From assembly GCF_006345805.1 (NCBI RefSeq), contig NC_043008.1, positions 39,246,001 to 39,310,000 of the forward strand: DNA of 64,000 nt, read 5' to 3'. Both the position numbers and the translations under genes were made by a program. The notes beneath the pieces were generated by a model that was not told where the DNA came from, ran no database searches, and saw only the letters and a list, made by a program, of their open reading frames with translations. This document shows positions 25,996 to 37,536 of this stretch, in pieces (positions within the stretch are counted from its first letter, which is position 1; each line of letters starts with the position of its first letter). This DNA comes from Octopus sinensis. Lineage: Eukaryota.

Positions 25996-26883
25996 AGCAC
26001 TGTGACACAGCCAGTGAACAATTTAGGCTATTTGAAACAAGCCATATACTGTGCGATGTTATTATCAGTAAATAATTCCGTTTCAAAACTGCTCAAATTA
26101 ACTAAAATTTATTATAAGTTAAGGTGTAAATGTATAAAAAAAACTTTCAAATATTAGGAAAAGTATTATAGTACAAATTTCTAGAATTAGATATGTTTTA
26201 ATCAAAGAATCAGTATCTTCCAATTTGCATGCAGTGCATTAGAATTCACCGAGATACATATATCTTAAAGTTGTGATATTTCAATTCTTCAAAACAACAA
26301 AAAAATTAAATGAATATGATAATATTTTCTTCCTCATTATATCCTCCCCAAACAAATATTCAGAACTGTTATCTCTTTGTCATTATGCATCAAAACGCTT
26401 GTTGAAATACTTCCAAGTACTCATCACGAAATATCCTTGTACAATATTATTAAACGTTTTCAACGAAACAAGATATTACAGTTGTTCAGGAGCATCTCAT
26501 CTACAAGTTATCTATAACGCAAATAAATAAGAGTTACGTTTCTGCTTATATACTTATTTCTATATTCAACGAGTGTCTATCGAGTCTTCTCTGAGATGCT
26601 GAAAAATTGTATATAATGAAAACATACTTTAAATCCAAGCAAACAACCCACTTCAAAATGCTTAACGTGTAGTTAACACGAAATTAATATCCTAGAGTCG
26701 TATATTCTTGTGAACAACTCGTACAAGAACTTAACAGGATGCATCATATTTACTTTCATCGGCGTATGAAAGAAGTGCTGAGGAAGCACTAGTATAAATT
26801 ATAAATTATTTGATCTGCGACAATTGCTGCAATGAATGTCATTACTGTAAGAGTTATCTTCTAACAGGTTATATACAAGAAAT

Positions 26884-27272
26884 GTGGAGGCGCAATGGCC
26901 CAGTGGTTAGGGCAGCGGACTCGCAGTCATAGGATCGCGGTTTCGATTCCCAGACCGGGCGTTGTGAGTGTTTATTGAGCGAAAACACCTAAAGCTCCAC
27001 GAGGCTCCGGCAGGGGATGGTGGTGATCCCTGCCGTACTCTTTCACCACAACTTTCTCTCACTATTACTTCCTGTTTCTGTTGTACCTGTATTTCAAAGG
27101 GCCGGCCTTGTCACTCTCTGTGTCACGCTGAATATCCCCGAGAACTACGTTAAGGGTACACGTGTCTGTGGAGTGCTCAGCCACTTACACGTTAATTTCA
27201 CGAGCAGGCTGTTCCGTTGATTCGGATCAACTGGAACCCTCGTCGTCGTAACCGACGGAGTGCTTCCATTCC
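26884..27272 (+). mobile_element. Full-length tRNA-derived SINE, family C
   Basis: A and B boxes; 11-bp TSD ATACAAGAAAT (26873-26883, 27273-27283). Confidence 0.95.
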
Positions 27273-27419
27273 ATACAAGAAATATGCGTAAACATTATTC
27301 GCAGTCACACTTCAGCTTCGAAATCGTTCCTAGATCTCCAAGCAGGCTGTATGTTACAGACAAAATCGCTTGGTTTGTTATCAACTTAATTCTGGCAGCC
27401 ACGTTGGTTGGCATACAAC

Positions 27420-28073
27420 GATCTTTACCTTTTGACCGACAGATTTTTAAAAATATTTTTTTGTAACTAAACACTTTCAATCTTCGCACACTGGTAGAAT
27501 GTGTCATATAAAACATGTTTTACTCTTAGCGTTTTTGAGAAAAAGCTTATATTTAGGAAGTTATTTCAGGTTAAAGTTCTCATATTTCAGGTTAAAGTTC
27601 TCATATTTTGCTAATTTCAACCAATTAATCACGTGTATTTAGTTGAATAAAATTACTGCCGTTGTTTATCAACGGTGTATTTTTCGTTTGTCACTGTTAT
27701 TTATGACATCGTTTTTTGCGTTTGTACTGGTTTTAGCTTTACGGTTTCAGGGTTAGGGTTAGGGTTTTAGTGTTAGGGTTTTAGGGTTAGGATTTTACGG
27801 TTAGGGTTGGTGTTTTAGGGTTAGGGTTATCGTTTTAGGGTAAGGGTTTTAGGGTTAGGGTTGTCATAAATGCGAGTGACAAACGAAATATACACCGCCG
27901 GGAGTTCTTGTTGAAACACAACAGCCGTAATTTTATTCAGCTGAACACAGGTCATTTATTGGTTGAAATTACCGAAATACTACAACTTTAACCTGAAATA
28001 ACTTCCTAAATATAAGCTTTTCTCAAAAACGCTACGTATGAAAGATGTTTTATATGACACATTCTACCAGTGT
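27420..28073. mobile_element. Fold-back element related to the Merlin-like MITE family, with a telomere-like core
   Basis: Inverted arms of about 220 bp (27488-27712 vs 27863-28073) around TTAGGG/TTTTAGGG repeats (27745-27862). 27420-27510 is a diverged copy of the MITE terminus; the corresponding right terminus is missing. Confidence 0.8.
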
Positions 28074-28459
28074 CTTCCTTTGATATAAACGTACTAAACT
28101 GGCCTTATTTGGCGCGTCAATTTGATTATTTAAATTTTATCATTTTTGTACATTTTTGTAAATTCACTTCGTTATATTTCACGTCATATATCCAAATATC
28201 GACAGTTCTTGGTACTTTAAATAATGTGTAAATTCTCTGGACCCCTACGTGATGATGTTTCTACTTTCTGGTCTCGAGTGATCAGCACACAAGAGACATA
28301 CTCAGCTTTCTCTGGACAAAACGATAGTCCATTGCTCAAAGCAACCCAGTTGTAAGAATTTTAAGAGGTACACCTACATATTTGATCGGCAAAAAATTGC
28401 ATTTCAAAGATTTCAGCTCCGTATTTGAAGAAATCTTGCAAAGTATTGGTTCCCGATTT

Positions 28460-28905
28460 AGGCACAAGACCGGGAATTTTAGGGTGGGATGGGATCGGGA
28501 TTGAGCTGATTTCATCGACTCTAGTTTTAGAAAGATGCGCTGTTTCATGGAGCTGAAGAAATGAAAAGCAAAGTTGACATTGGTGGGATTTGAAACCGGA
28601 CTTAAACCACCGGAAAAAATAGTGCAAAATAGCGCAAAGCAGTTTTTCCGACGCTTTGACGATTCTGCCATCACTCAGACTCAATCTAGCTATTGGTTTC
28701 ACAGTTTGGCACAAGGATCGCAATTTTAAGAGAGGGGGTAAATCGATTACATTGACCCTACTTCTGGTATTTATTTTATCGTCCCCAGAAGGATGAAAGG
28801 CAAAGCTTACCTCGGTGGAATTTGAACTCAGAACGTAAAATGACGGACGTAAATGCCGCTAAGCCTTTTTCTGGCCATGCTAACGGCTCTGCCAGTTCGC
28901 AATCT
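28460..28905 (-). mobile_element. Two tandem degenerate SINE family A copies
   Basis: Body and head matches at 28460-28680 and 28700-28905. Confidence 0.75.
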
Positions 28906-30764
28906 CCTTTAAATTACATTCAACCAGCTTAAGGAGTCACACATTGTTGAATTTCGTTCTAGGTTCTTTGCCGCTAGGAATACAGAAGCGATACATAGAT
29001 GAAATGTTTTGAACATAGTTCAGCTCAATGAGGACTTATCTGGGTTTGAAAAAATATAGCAACAGCATATGAATAATGGTATTATGCATTTGCACTTAGG
29101 ATGATTGATTGGTTGGTTGGTTAATTAGGACGTCAGGGGTTATTTGTTCCGGCTTTCTGTTCTGAATTCCAATCCAACAGAGCTGAAGAATTATCATCAA
29201 CGTTACTACTCTATCGACATCATTAGCAATAAAAGCGATAACGAAAATGTCAAATAAATGATGCGTCGGATAATCTCATCCTCATTCTAAGGGAAATATA
29301 TAAACGACAAGGAAGAGAAGTTAAAGAAACCTATGCCCATTACATATTTCCGTTCTCTAAATTTGTCGATCGTTAGCATTAGGTAAGTTCTTGTTGAGAG
29401 AACACATGATTAAAAGCGTACGAATATTTTCTAGGCATAAGCAGCCCGGCGTTTTTCAGATATTTTATCCAATGCTCTCTTTATTCCTTCTTAAGATAGT
29501 ACAGTCTTTGTTGAAGACGCAACAGCTCTTATTTATAGAAGATCGAAAGGAGAACTGGGGCTTCGTTGTTTTGAGAGTTCGTTCTTTTTGCGAATATTAT
29601 CATTTTTGTTTAACTTTAGATAAATTATAATCAAAATGTCGTATAATCTCAAAAATGCCCCAACCGTTCTTTTTAATTCTCAGTCGTAGTTATTATAGGT
29701 TCACAGTATAGATTACATGCTTCTTATTTCCTTAAGACAATAGTGTTTTGTGTTAGAAGAATTAGGCTGACAATTTTTTGCAAGATGAGATCTCACATAG
29801 TGTCTCTCATATTCCATTGTCTTTAGTATTATGTCGTTGGCAAATTCTTTTCATAATTTTATCTTGAGTTGTTTCAACGATCTGACGATGCTGAATTTCA
29901 TGCTGGATGCAATATTCTTGCTTAATCGGAAGTGTCTATAAATCAACTTGTATCAATCAATCTGTGTGCTTAGTCATATCAACATTGATGTAAAAAAGAA
30001 AAAGAAAACGAAGCAAAATAAATGTCGAAAGAAAAATATGATTGAAATCACAAACACAAGTGCTCACACAGACATATACAAAAACACACACTTAAACACA
30101 CACACACATACATAGACAAAAAAAAACATACTTAAACACAAACATACACATGCATGCACATACTCAATGAAAAATAATGTTAAATACTTTAAGACAAAGA
30201 AAATACAAGCAAAAAGAAATACTGAATGTAAGACAAAGACAACATAATTTACAAACACCACGAACCACATTAACAAATAGCAAGCAGCACACATCTGCTG
30301 CGACACCAAGTACAACAACAATAGTTACAGCAAGAACAAGAAGAACAACAACAGCAACAACAACAATAATAACAACAATACTACCAAAAACAATATGGAG
30401 TCATAATAATATAAAGAGCGATAACTTCTCAAATCAAAACAAAACAAATCTGCAAGAAGAAGAAGAATAACAACAACAACAGCAGCAACGAAAACAAGAA
30501 ATGACAACACAACAACTAAAGCAACAGATATTCATCTCGTGGCAACAAAATAGATGAGAAATATCACGAAACTTCTCTATCAGAATTTGGAAACTGAAGA
30601 ATTTGAGTCAAAAGACTTAATAAGAATCAGGAATTGTTTATGATTGATGAATAACTAATGTCTTTTCTCTGCTATTGCTCATCTGGAACACTTACAATTA
30701 AACATTCGCTAAGCCCAGGCATAATGGGTGCCTTTTAGTTCTCTCTCTCTCTCTCTCCTCTCTC

Positions 30765-30866
<102 letters not shown>

Positions 30867-31234
30867 ATATAGACACATATATATATATATATGTATGTGT
30901 GTGTATATATGTATATATATATATATATGTATGTATGTACATATTATATATATGTATGTATATATATATATGTATGTATATTATATATATGTATGTATAT
31001 ATATATATGTATGTATGCATATATATATGTATGTATGTAGATATAATGTATATATGTATGTACGTATATTATATATATATATATATATATATCTATATAT
31101 ATATATATATATATATTCTCCGGTTTTTTTCTATTGTTATTTTACGACCTGATTAATCGCACCATGTCGTGTTTGTAACATGTTTACACGCATGCACATG
31201 CGCACACACGTACGCACGCACACACACACACACA

Positions 31235-31295
<61 letters not shown>

Positions 31296-31654
31296 ACACA
31301 AGCATACACATTCAGTCATACGTGTGTCACACATTCACCAAATTTAATTTTCTTCTTTTTTTTTCTAAATAGCGGCTGGCAACATACAAAACTATTTCAT
31401 TCCAAGACCGAGACATAAAATCATCCTCCTTCGCCTCCTTCACGTCGTCGTCGCCATTGTCGTCGACGTTATCGTTACCCAGTTATGTTCGACTTCGTCA
31501 TTATCGTAAGTACGACAACGATGACCACCACCACCACCGCCACCGCTACCACCGCCGCCACCTCCACCACCAGCACTACAACAACACAACAAAAACAAAT
31601 ACAACAACAACTAACCGTATTCTCGACAGTATTCTATTTAACATGACCCACCCC

Positions 31655-31892
31655 TACGAATACCTATTTCTTTATTACCCACAAGGGGCTAAACACAGAG
31701 GGGACAAACAATGACAGACATAGGTATTAAGTCGATTACATCGACCCCAGTGCGTAACTGGTACTTAATTTATCGACCCCGAAAGGATGAAAGGCAAAGT
31801 CGACCTTGGCGGAATTTGAACTCACAACGTAACCCAGACGAAATACCGCAAAGCATTTCGCCCGGCGTGCTAACGTTTCTGCCAGCTCTTTA
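31655..31892 (-). mobile_element. SINE family A
   Basis: Near-consensus reverse complement of family A. Confidence 0.92.
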
Positions 31893-32741
31893 CTGCTACC
31901 ATTTGCCAAATCTGTTTTTACAACTATATCATCGAAATCTTTGGAAACACCGTCGTGAACCCCTCCACCACCACTACCACCTCCACGAGCAACGCTATCG
32001 TTGATGCCATATTCGTAACCACCACCATCATCACCAACTTCACCATCACACATATCAGTTTCCAACACATCTCATTCACTCCTGCCGACACCATGGAAGC
32101 CATCATCAGAATCACTATAATCAACAATGATACCAGAACGAAGAAAACTTCTACCATTTATACTATCGTCGACTCCCGAACTAACACCAACCAACACCAA
32201 CGTCACCATTTATAAAGAGCCAGCTGTGTTTTTTTCTTTATGTCATCGTATGGCATGGCAGACAGACTAGCGAAATGATAGCGAAAATTACTCAAATCAC
32301 GTCGAATTTTGTTGGTGAGAGAAAGACGTGAATGAATCGCATAGATAAACTCTGTTTTAAAAAGTAAAGACATGATTGTCACAACAGGAATGGATTTGAA
32401 TAGAGATTAACCGTGGATAAACAGTAATAACAAATAAAATGTTCTGAAATTACGATTTAAGCCAGGCTGTTGTACTAAAAGAAAAAAAATCTGTCCTGGT
32501 TAATCAATACATATTTTCTGGAACTCATTCGACCGATATGACTGTTCGATGAGGACAACGTCAAACTAATTTTAAGGAAATAACGAAAACGAGAGAAAAA
32601 GAAAAAAAAACTCTCTAGAAATGTATGCCCAGCACTGAATGCTTCTTTCTAAATTTGTTGTTGTGTAACCCTGGGCCTGTTCTGGTTGAGTAGATACTTG
32701 ATTAAGGGCGTTCCACCTTTGAATAACTTAAAGACTCTGGC

Positions 32742-33173
32742 GGATCTTTTCGGTTTGAACGGCAGTTTTTTTCTAGCGGTGTCATATGAAATTGTCACCC
32801 ATAATTATGACCCTAGTATCGATCTATTGCATTTCAATGTTTTAGGGTTAGGGTTAGTTAGGGTTAGGGTTAGGGGTGGGGGAGAGGGTATATTTTTTTC
32901 TTCACAAATGTAAATAAACCCAATCTGTTTCTTAAACGAAGGGCATATTAATACGGCACAGAATGTTTTTACCTCAATAGACGTCATTGATTGGTTGAAA
33001 TTGCAGAAATTGAAGAAAAACAACAACAACTATCTTACAAACTATAGAATTTTCTCAATAAAGCCAAGAGAAAAAGATGTTTTATAAACACATTCTACCA
33101 GTATACGAAGTTTAAAAGTGTTTAGTTACGTGGAAATTATTTTAAAAAACTGCCGGTCAAACCGAAAAGATCC
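32742..33173. mobile_element. Merlin-like MITE, copy 2
   Basis: Same 29-bp TIRs; TSD ACTCTGGC/ACTCTTGT (6/8); expanded (TTAGGG)n core at about 32843-32880. Confidence 0.85.
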
Positions 33174-33463
33174 ACTCTTGTACCTAAATGCAATAAAATT
33201 GTCACCGCGATATTCTTTTAAAACTTTCAATGAAGAAGGATGTATCGCACAGTCGAATGGAAATCGGCGATTGTTTATTACGAAGTAAACTTTCCTAACC
33301 ACGATGCTATTATTCCATCCATGAAATATTTTTGTATGACCAGTGTCTCCATTTACCCATGTCACTTTGTTTAAACCAGATGATATTCGAAATTCATTTC
33401 GATGTTATTCCTCACAGACCGATGCTCCTTGACAATATTGCAGTATTCAACGACAAGACATTC
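33174..33463 (-). pseudogene. Disrupted discoidin (F5/8 type C)-like coding remnant
   Basis: QGASVCEE*HRNEFRISSGLNKVTWVNGDTGHTKIFHGWNNSIVVRKVYF...IHPSS...IAFRYKS follows the motif order of F8-C2/lactadherin (QG; EFLISS..W..GK.KVFQG; IHP.SW; IALR). In-frame TAA at 33405-33407; 3' end abuts MITE copy 2. Confidence 0.4.
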
Positions 33464-33786
33464 TTAAACTCCGAATTCAGATCATATCAGAATTACGTAT
33501 TTTCTCTTCCCGCTGACAATAAATTATAACCAATGACGCAGTGAGATTAGGTTTTTTTACAATATAACTGCTAGGATGACGTATTTATCGATCTCATGTT
33601 CAAGTCTGCAACGAAATAATTACCTTCGGAGTATAACATGGCCTTGTAAAACCGCACATTTTCAACAAAAATATCTTGAGTAACAAGACATCTCATTCAC
33701 TTCTGTTAGAATCGCTAAATAGAGAGTGGTCCATTGGAATACTGCGACATGCAAAACTACTGTTCATAAAACATAAAATAAATAAA

Positions 33787-34036
33787 TGCGCCCTTTTTTA
33801 AAGCCTAGCCAGGCTCATGGGCCCGGTTTTCCGGTTTCTATGGCGCATGTGTTCCCAAGCTGGACGGGACGCCAGTCCATTGCAGCGTTACTCATTTTCG
33901 CCTGCTGAGTAGACTGGAGCAACGTGAAATGAAGTGTTTTGCTCAAGAACACAACGCCGCACCCGGTCCAGGAATCGAAACCATAATATTAGGATCATGG
34001 GGCAGACACCCTAACCACTAACCCACACGCTTCCAC
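33787..34036 (-). mobile_element. tRNA-derived SINE, family D (short tail)
   Basis: Reverse complement of 45685-45930. Confidence 0.9.
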
Positions 34037-35381
34037 GTTCCTAAAACAGTATAGTATATATAAAGAAATGAATGGGTGGAATGGATTTTTCCTCGGATTG
34101 TTCGGTGAAGGACGAGCATGAAACAAACAACAACACCACCACCACCAACAATAAAAGTCATAAAGGCAACACTGGAAATTCATATCAACATCAACTCCTA
34201 ATACTAATATTTACGTTACCTTATATGATTTAGTAAAGACATGTTGTGGTTGTTGTTGTGGGAAGTATTAACCCGCACATTATATCAAAATAAATTGTGT
34301 TATTCAATGAGACAGGAAGATAATCCTGCTTTTGATTAGATTTTATTAGTTCTCTTTAGTGAGAGTAACATCAGAAAAATAATTGGAGACGTGTAATATG
34401 TCACAGATGGTCCAATAATTATAGAAAAAAAGAACTGACAGAGAAATATCCAATGTTGACTTCTGCATGGAAAAAATAAATCTCATTATACGTCTGGTAT
34501 TTGAAAGTGAAAAATAAAATACAATACAAACATTGAGCATTTAATATGTATCGAAATTGCGTGGCGGAGAGAAAAGTCCATGAAATATCTAAATAAACAG
34601 CTACACTTAACAACTCTTAAAATAGTTTATTGATGCAATCATAAAATATTTCATATTTCAACCATTTAAACGTCAGTGGCTAATCCAACAATGTATATAA
34701 TTGTTGATCAACGTTGTTTAAAATTTGGCTGATTCTTTAGCGTAAGATCTAGCTACGTGGACGTCAGCATACTTGAGCTGGTGAGACCACGAATTTAAAT
34801 CAACCAATATTGCAGTTTTAGTAATGAGAAGGCGGCTCGTTACAAGTCACTGATTTTAGTAAAAATACGCTGGAAGGTAGCCTTCATATCTAAATTAGTG
34901 AATTAATCACGCTTAAGCATTACAAAAATGAATACCATACTCTACTGCAGTCCATTCCATTAAAAACAATGATTCATCCAATCTAACTGAACTTAGGCAG
35001 AGCACCGCCAAACAATTCCCTACGAATTACTGTTACGTTAAACTTTGTCTTTTGATCCTAAATGTTAAGTTATAGATATTAAATATCAGCATAATTCACG
35101 ATCCAACACCTTGTTTAAGACAGATATTGTCATACCACAGAGTAATTTATATTCAGTATCAGACAACATAAAAATACATTTCGAAAGCTCACAGAGATAA
35201 TAACGACACTTCAGTTTCAATATACATTTGGGATATGTAAAATAAGAACAAAACTTTCGACGGATAACGGAATATTTTAAGTAAATCAAAATACAATTCC
35301 GTAATAAAAGATTTCGCAAACTCAACAAAGGCCACCGACATACTTTCATGTCAATTGATAAGTTTATGATCTTATACTCAA

Positions 35382-36331
35382 CTAGCAGCATAGCCCGCGT
35401 TGCCCGGGTATGTAAGAGCCCCTAGTAGGCAACGACTAATCCCAATCTAGTCATTTCCCTCTAGGGAACGAAGGCGCATGTGTAGGTTGCAATGTCTTCT
35501 CTTCACTCGAATACTTCTGTGTATACGATGTTCCTAGCTGTCGCTTTGGGCGAAAACATGAAAACATCATTGCGCCTCCCAACGCGTGAACAGCCCACGT
35601 AGAGTTGACCGTGGGCGAAGCACTGTTCGCCCAACTGTAACCCAGCAACTTGTAGCGTTTGGCTTTGGGATTTATTGATGGACATTGCGAAGCAGAGTTT
35701 AACAGGAAACTGAGAACGCCTGAAGTGGATTGGTAGGTCAGCGCCCGACGGTTGAAGGTGCATGCGTGGAATGAAGACGTCCTCTCCCTTCCCCCAACGG
35801 GTAAGTATTGTGGCCGTCATTAAATGTGGTGGCAAATGTTTCACAACCAGACGTGTGCCGTTGCACTGTTTAGGTGGAACCAAATTCCTGATGAGCATAA
35901 TGGGCGCACCGACTTTTAACTTCAGGATGTGTGGCGGCAGGCCTGGCGGTTCAAGTGAATTCTGGAATTCAACAGGATAATCGGCAATCTTGGCGAGGTC
36001 TGCTGTCCTATCAATAGATTTGTAGACGTGGGCATCACCAGGAATAGCTTCAAGTAGCTGGATATTGATGGAGTTGAGAGTTAAAAAGGTCGAGTTGCGT
36101 CCCCTAGACAGTCTGTGGTTTGTGTTTCTGATTCTCGACCCCATGTCGAATTTATCGATTTTTTTCAGAACTGGGGTACTTTTCAAAATTTTCGCTGCGT
36201 TAGTTTTGAATTATGACATTGGGCTATGTGTGTGTCAAGTTTCATTAGAATCGGTTGAAAGCCGTGGTCAGGGTGAGGGTACAACCTGACAGACACACAG
36301 ACAGACAAACTGCCGTTTATATAGAGAGAGA
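35382..36331 (-). mobile_element. Non-autonomous Helitron, copy 2 (internal-deletion derivative)
   Basis: Same 5' TC...(TCTG) start and 3' hairpin-CTAG|T end as 11383-12181; encloses the helicase fragment. Confidence 0.92.
35503..36075 (-). pseudogene. Helitron Pif1-type helicase, C-terminal fragment
   Basis: GLPPHILKLKVGAPIMLIRNL...CNGTRL...RRSQFPVKLCFAMSINKSQSQT...HGQLYVGCSRV (SF1B motifs IV-VI); the Rep domain and helicase N-terminus are absent. Confidence 0.93.
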
Positions 36332-36403
36332 TATGTATATTTAAAAAAAATTAAACTTAGTTTATTTCACTATATATTGTATCTCATATTCATACGTACA
36401 TAC

Positions 36404-36435
<32 letters not shown>

Positions 36436-36776
36436 GCGCAAGAAAGGAGTGGGTGTGTGATAAGTAGCCTCGTTCCGGGATCAGTCCATCTGCTGGCACC
36501 TTTGGCAAGTGTCTACTACTATAGCCTCGTGCCGACTAAAGCCTTGTGAGTGGATTTGGTAGACGGGAACTGAAAGAAACCCGTCATATATATATAATAT
36601 ATATATATATTAACAGTTATCGCCATACTAATATGGCATTCTTATAAAAATAAGAAAAAACTGTCCGCTTATTAGCTCCATGAGGCCATCGCTTAAGTTA
36701 CTATTTGATACACAAACTGTATCCATATAACCTTCGAACAAGGGAGGTCAGTCCGCTCCACACTACTTGACCGGCA

Positions 36777-36823
36777 GCTACAGACGCGTTTCGGGGTATG
36801 CCCCCTTTTCAATGCAGCGTAGC
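36777..36823 (-). ncRNA. Variant minimal type-I hammerhead ribozyme (left arm)
   Basis: Reverse complement of the 37113-37158 motif, with one extra G in stem II. Confidence 0.65.
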
Positions 36824-37112
36824 CAGCCAGTAGGTGTCGCTTCCGACAATCTCTGTTCGATGGTTTTATTTACCTAGTTTCGGTGGAATACATCCACTTG
36901 TTTTCAATAATAGAAATATTAAAATAACTAAGTCTCTCTAAAAGAGAACAGCGGCAGCGTTCCCGAAAATAATAGTTATCGCCATACTAATTGGCATTCT
37001 TTAAAAATAGTTATTTTAATATTTCTATTATTGAAAACAAGTGGATGTTTCCACCGAAACTAGGTAAATAAAACCATCGAACGAGATTGTCGGAAGCGAC
37101 ACCTACTGGCTG

Positions 37113-37158
37113 GCTACGCTGCATTGAAAAGGGGCATACCCCGAAACGCGTCTGTAGC
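37113..37158 (+). ncRNA. Variant minimal type-I hammerhead ribozyme (right arm)
   Basis: Stem I GCTACG/TGTAGC; core CTGCATTGA (vs CTGANGA); stem II GGGG-CATA-CCCC; GAAA; palindromic stem III ACGCGT; triplet GTC (cut predicted after C37152). Confidence 0.7.
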
Positions 37159-37392
37159 TGCCGGTCAAGTAGTGTGGAGCGACTGACCTCCCTTGTTCGA
37201 GGTTATATGGATACAGTTTGTGTATCAAATAGCTAACTTAAGGCGATGGCCTCATGGAGCTAATAAGCGGACAGCTTTTTTCTTATTTTTATAATAATGC
37301 CATATTAGTATGGCGATAACTATTATTTTCCGGGAACGCTGCCGCTGTTCTCTTTTAGAGAGACTTAGTTATTTTAATATTTCTATTATATA

Positions 37393-37470
<78 letters not shown>

Positions 37471-37489
37471 TATATATATATAATATTTG

Positions 37490-37536
<47 letters not shown>

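Larger units (their letters stand above)
36615..37388. mobile_element. Head-to-head pair of circularly permuted ~358-bp hammerhead-bearing units
   Basis: Left arm 36615-37008 (minus sense) has ~35-bp terminal redundancy, period 359. Right arm 37009-37388 (plus sense) has 22-bp terminal redundancy, period 358. The arms differ mainly by 1-nt indels. Confidence 0.85.

Noticed and set aside
26884-26960. tRNA-like sequences at SINE heads
   Set aside because: They have A and B boxes but no complete cloverleaf or acceptor stem, and they continue into repeat bodies with TSDs, so they are SINEs rather than tRNA genes.
27745-27862. TTAGGG repeats as a telomere or chromosome-fusion scar
   Set aside because: Short, degenerate and enclosed in the arms of a transposon-like element.
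28240-28355. DDVSTFWSRV…AFSGQND, faintly discoidin-like, with a donor
   Set aside because: An in-frame stop lies between it and the nearest acceptor; similarity is marginal.
29292-29382. AG/GT-bounded open 91-bp segment (KYINDKEEKLKKPMP…) and a nearby KQPGVF match to the 62-kb peptide
   Set aside because: No recognisable family; the 6-aa match is on the opposite strand with unrelated context.
33378-33529. Plus-strand frame MIFEIHFDVIPHRPMLLDNIAVF resembling a MAM-domain end
   Set aside because: Only a few residues match, there is no good donor, and it overlaps the better-supported minus-strand discoidin-like reading.
35088-35230. SVSDNIKIHFES…FSF resembling a CUB-domain end
   Set aside because: Two in-frame stops and too little similarity; assembling a neuropilin-like gene from these scraps would be over-interpretation.
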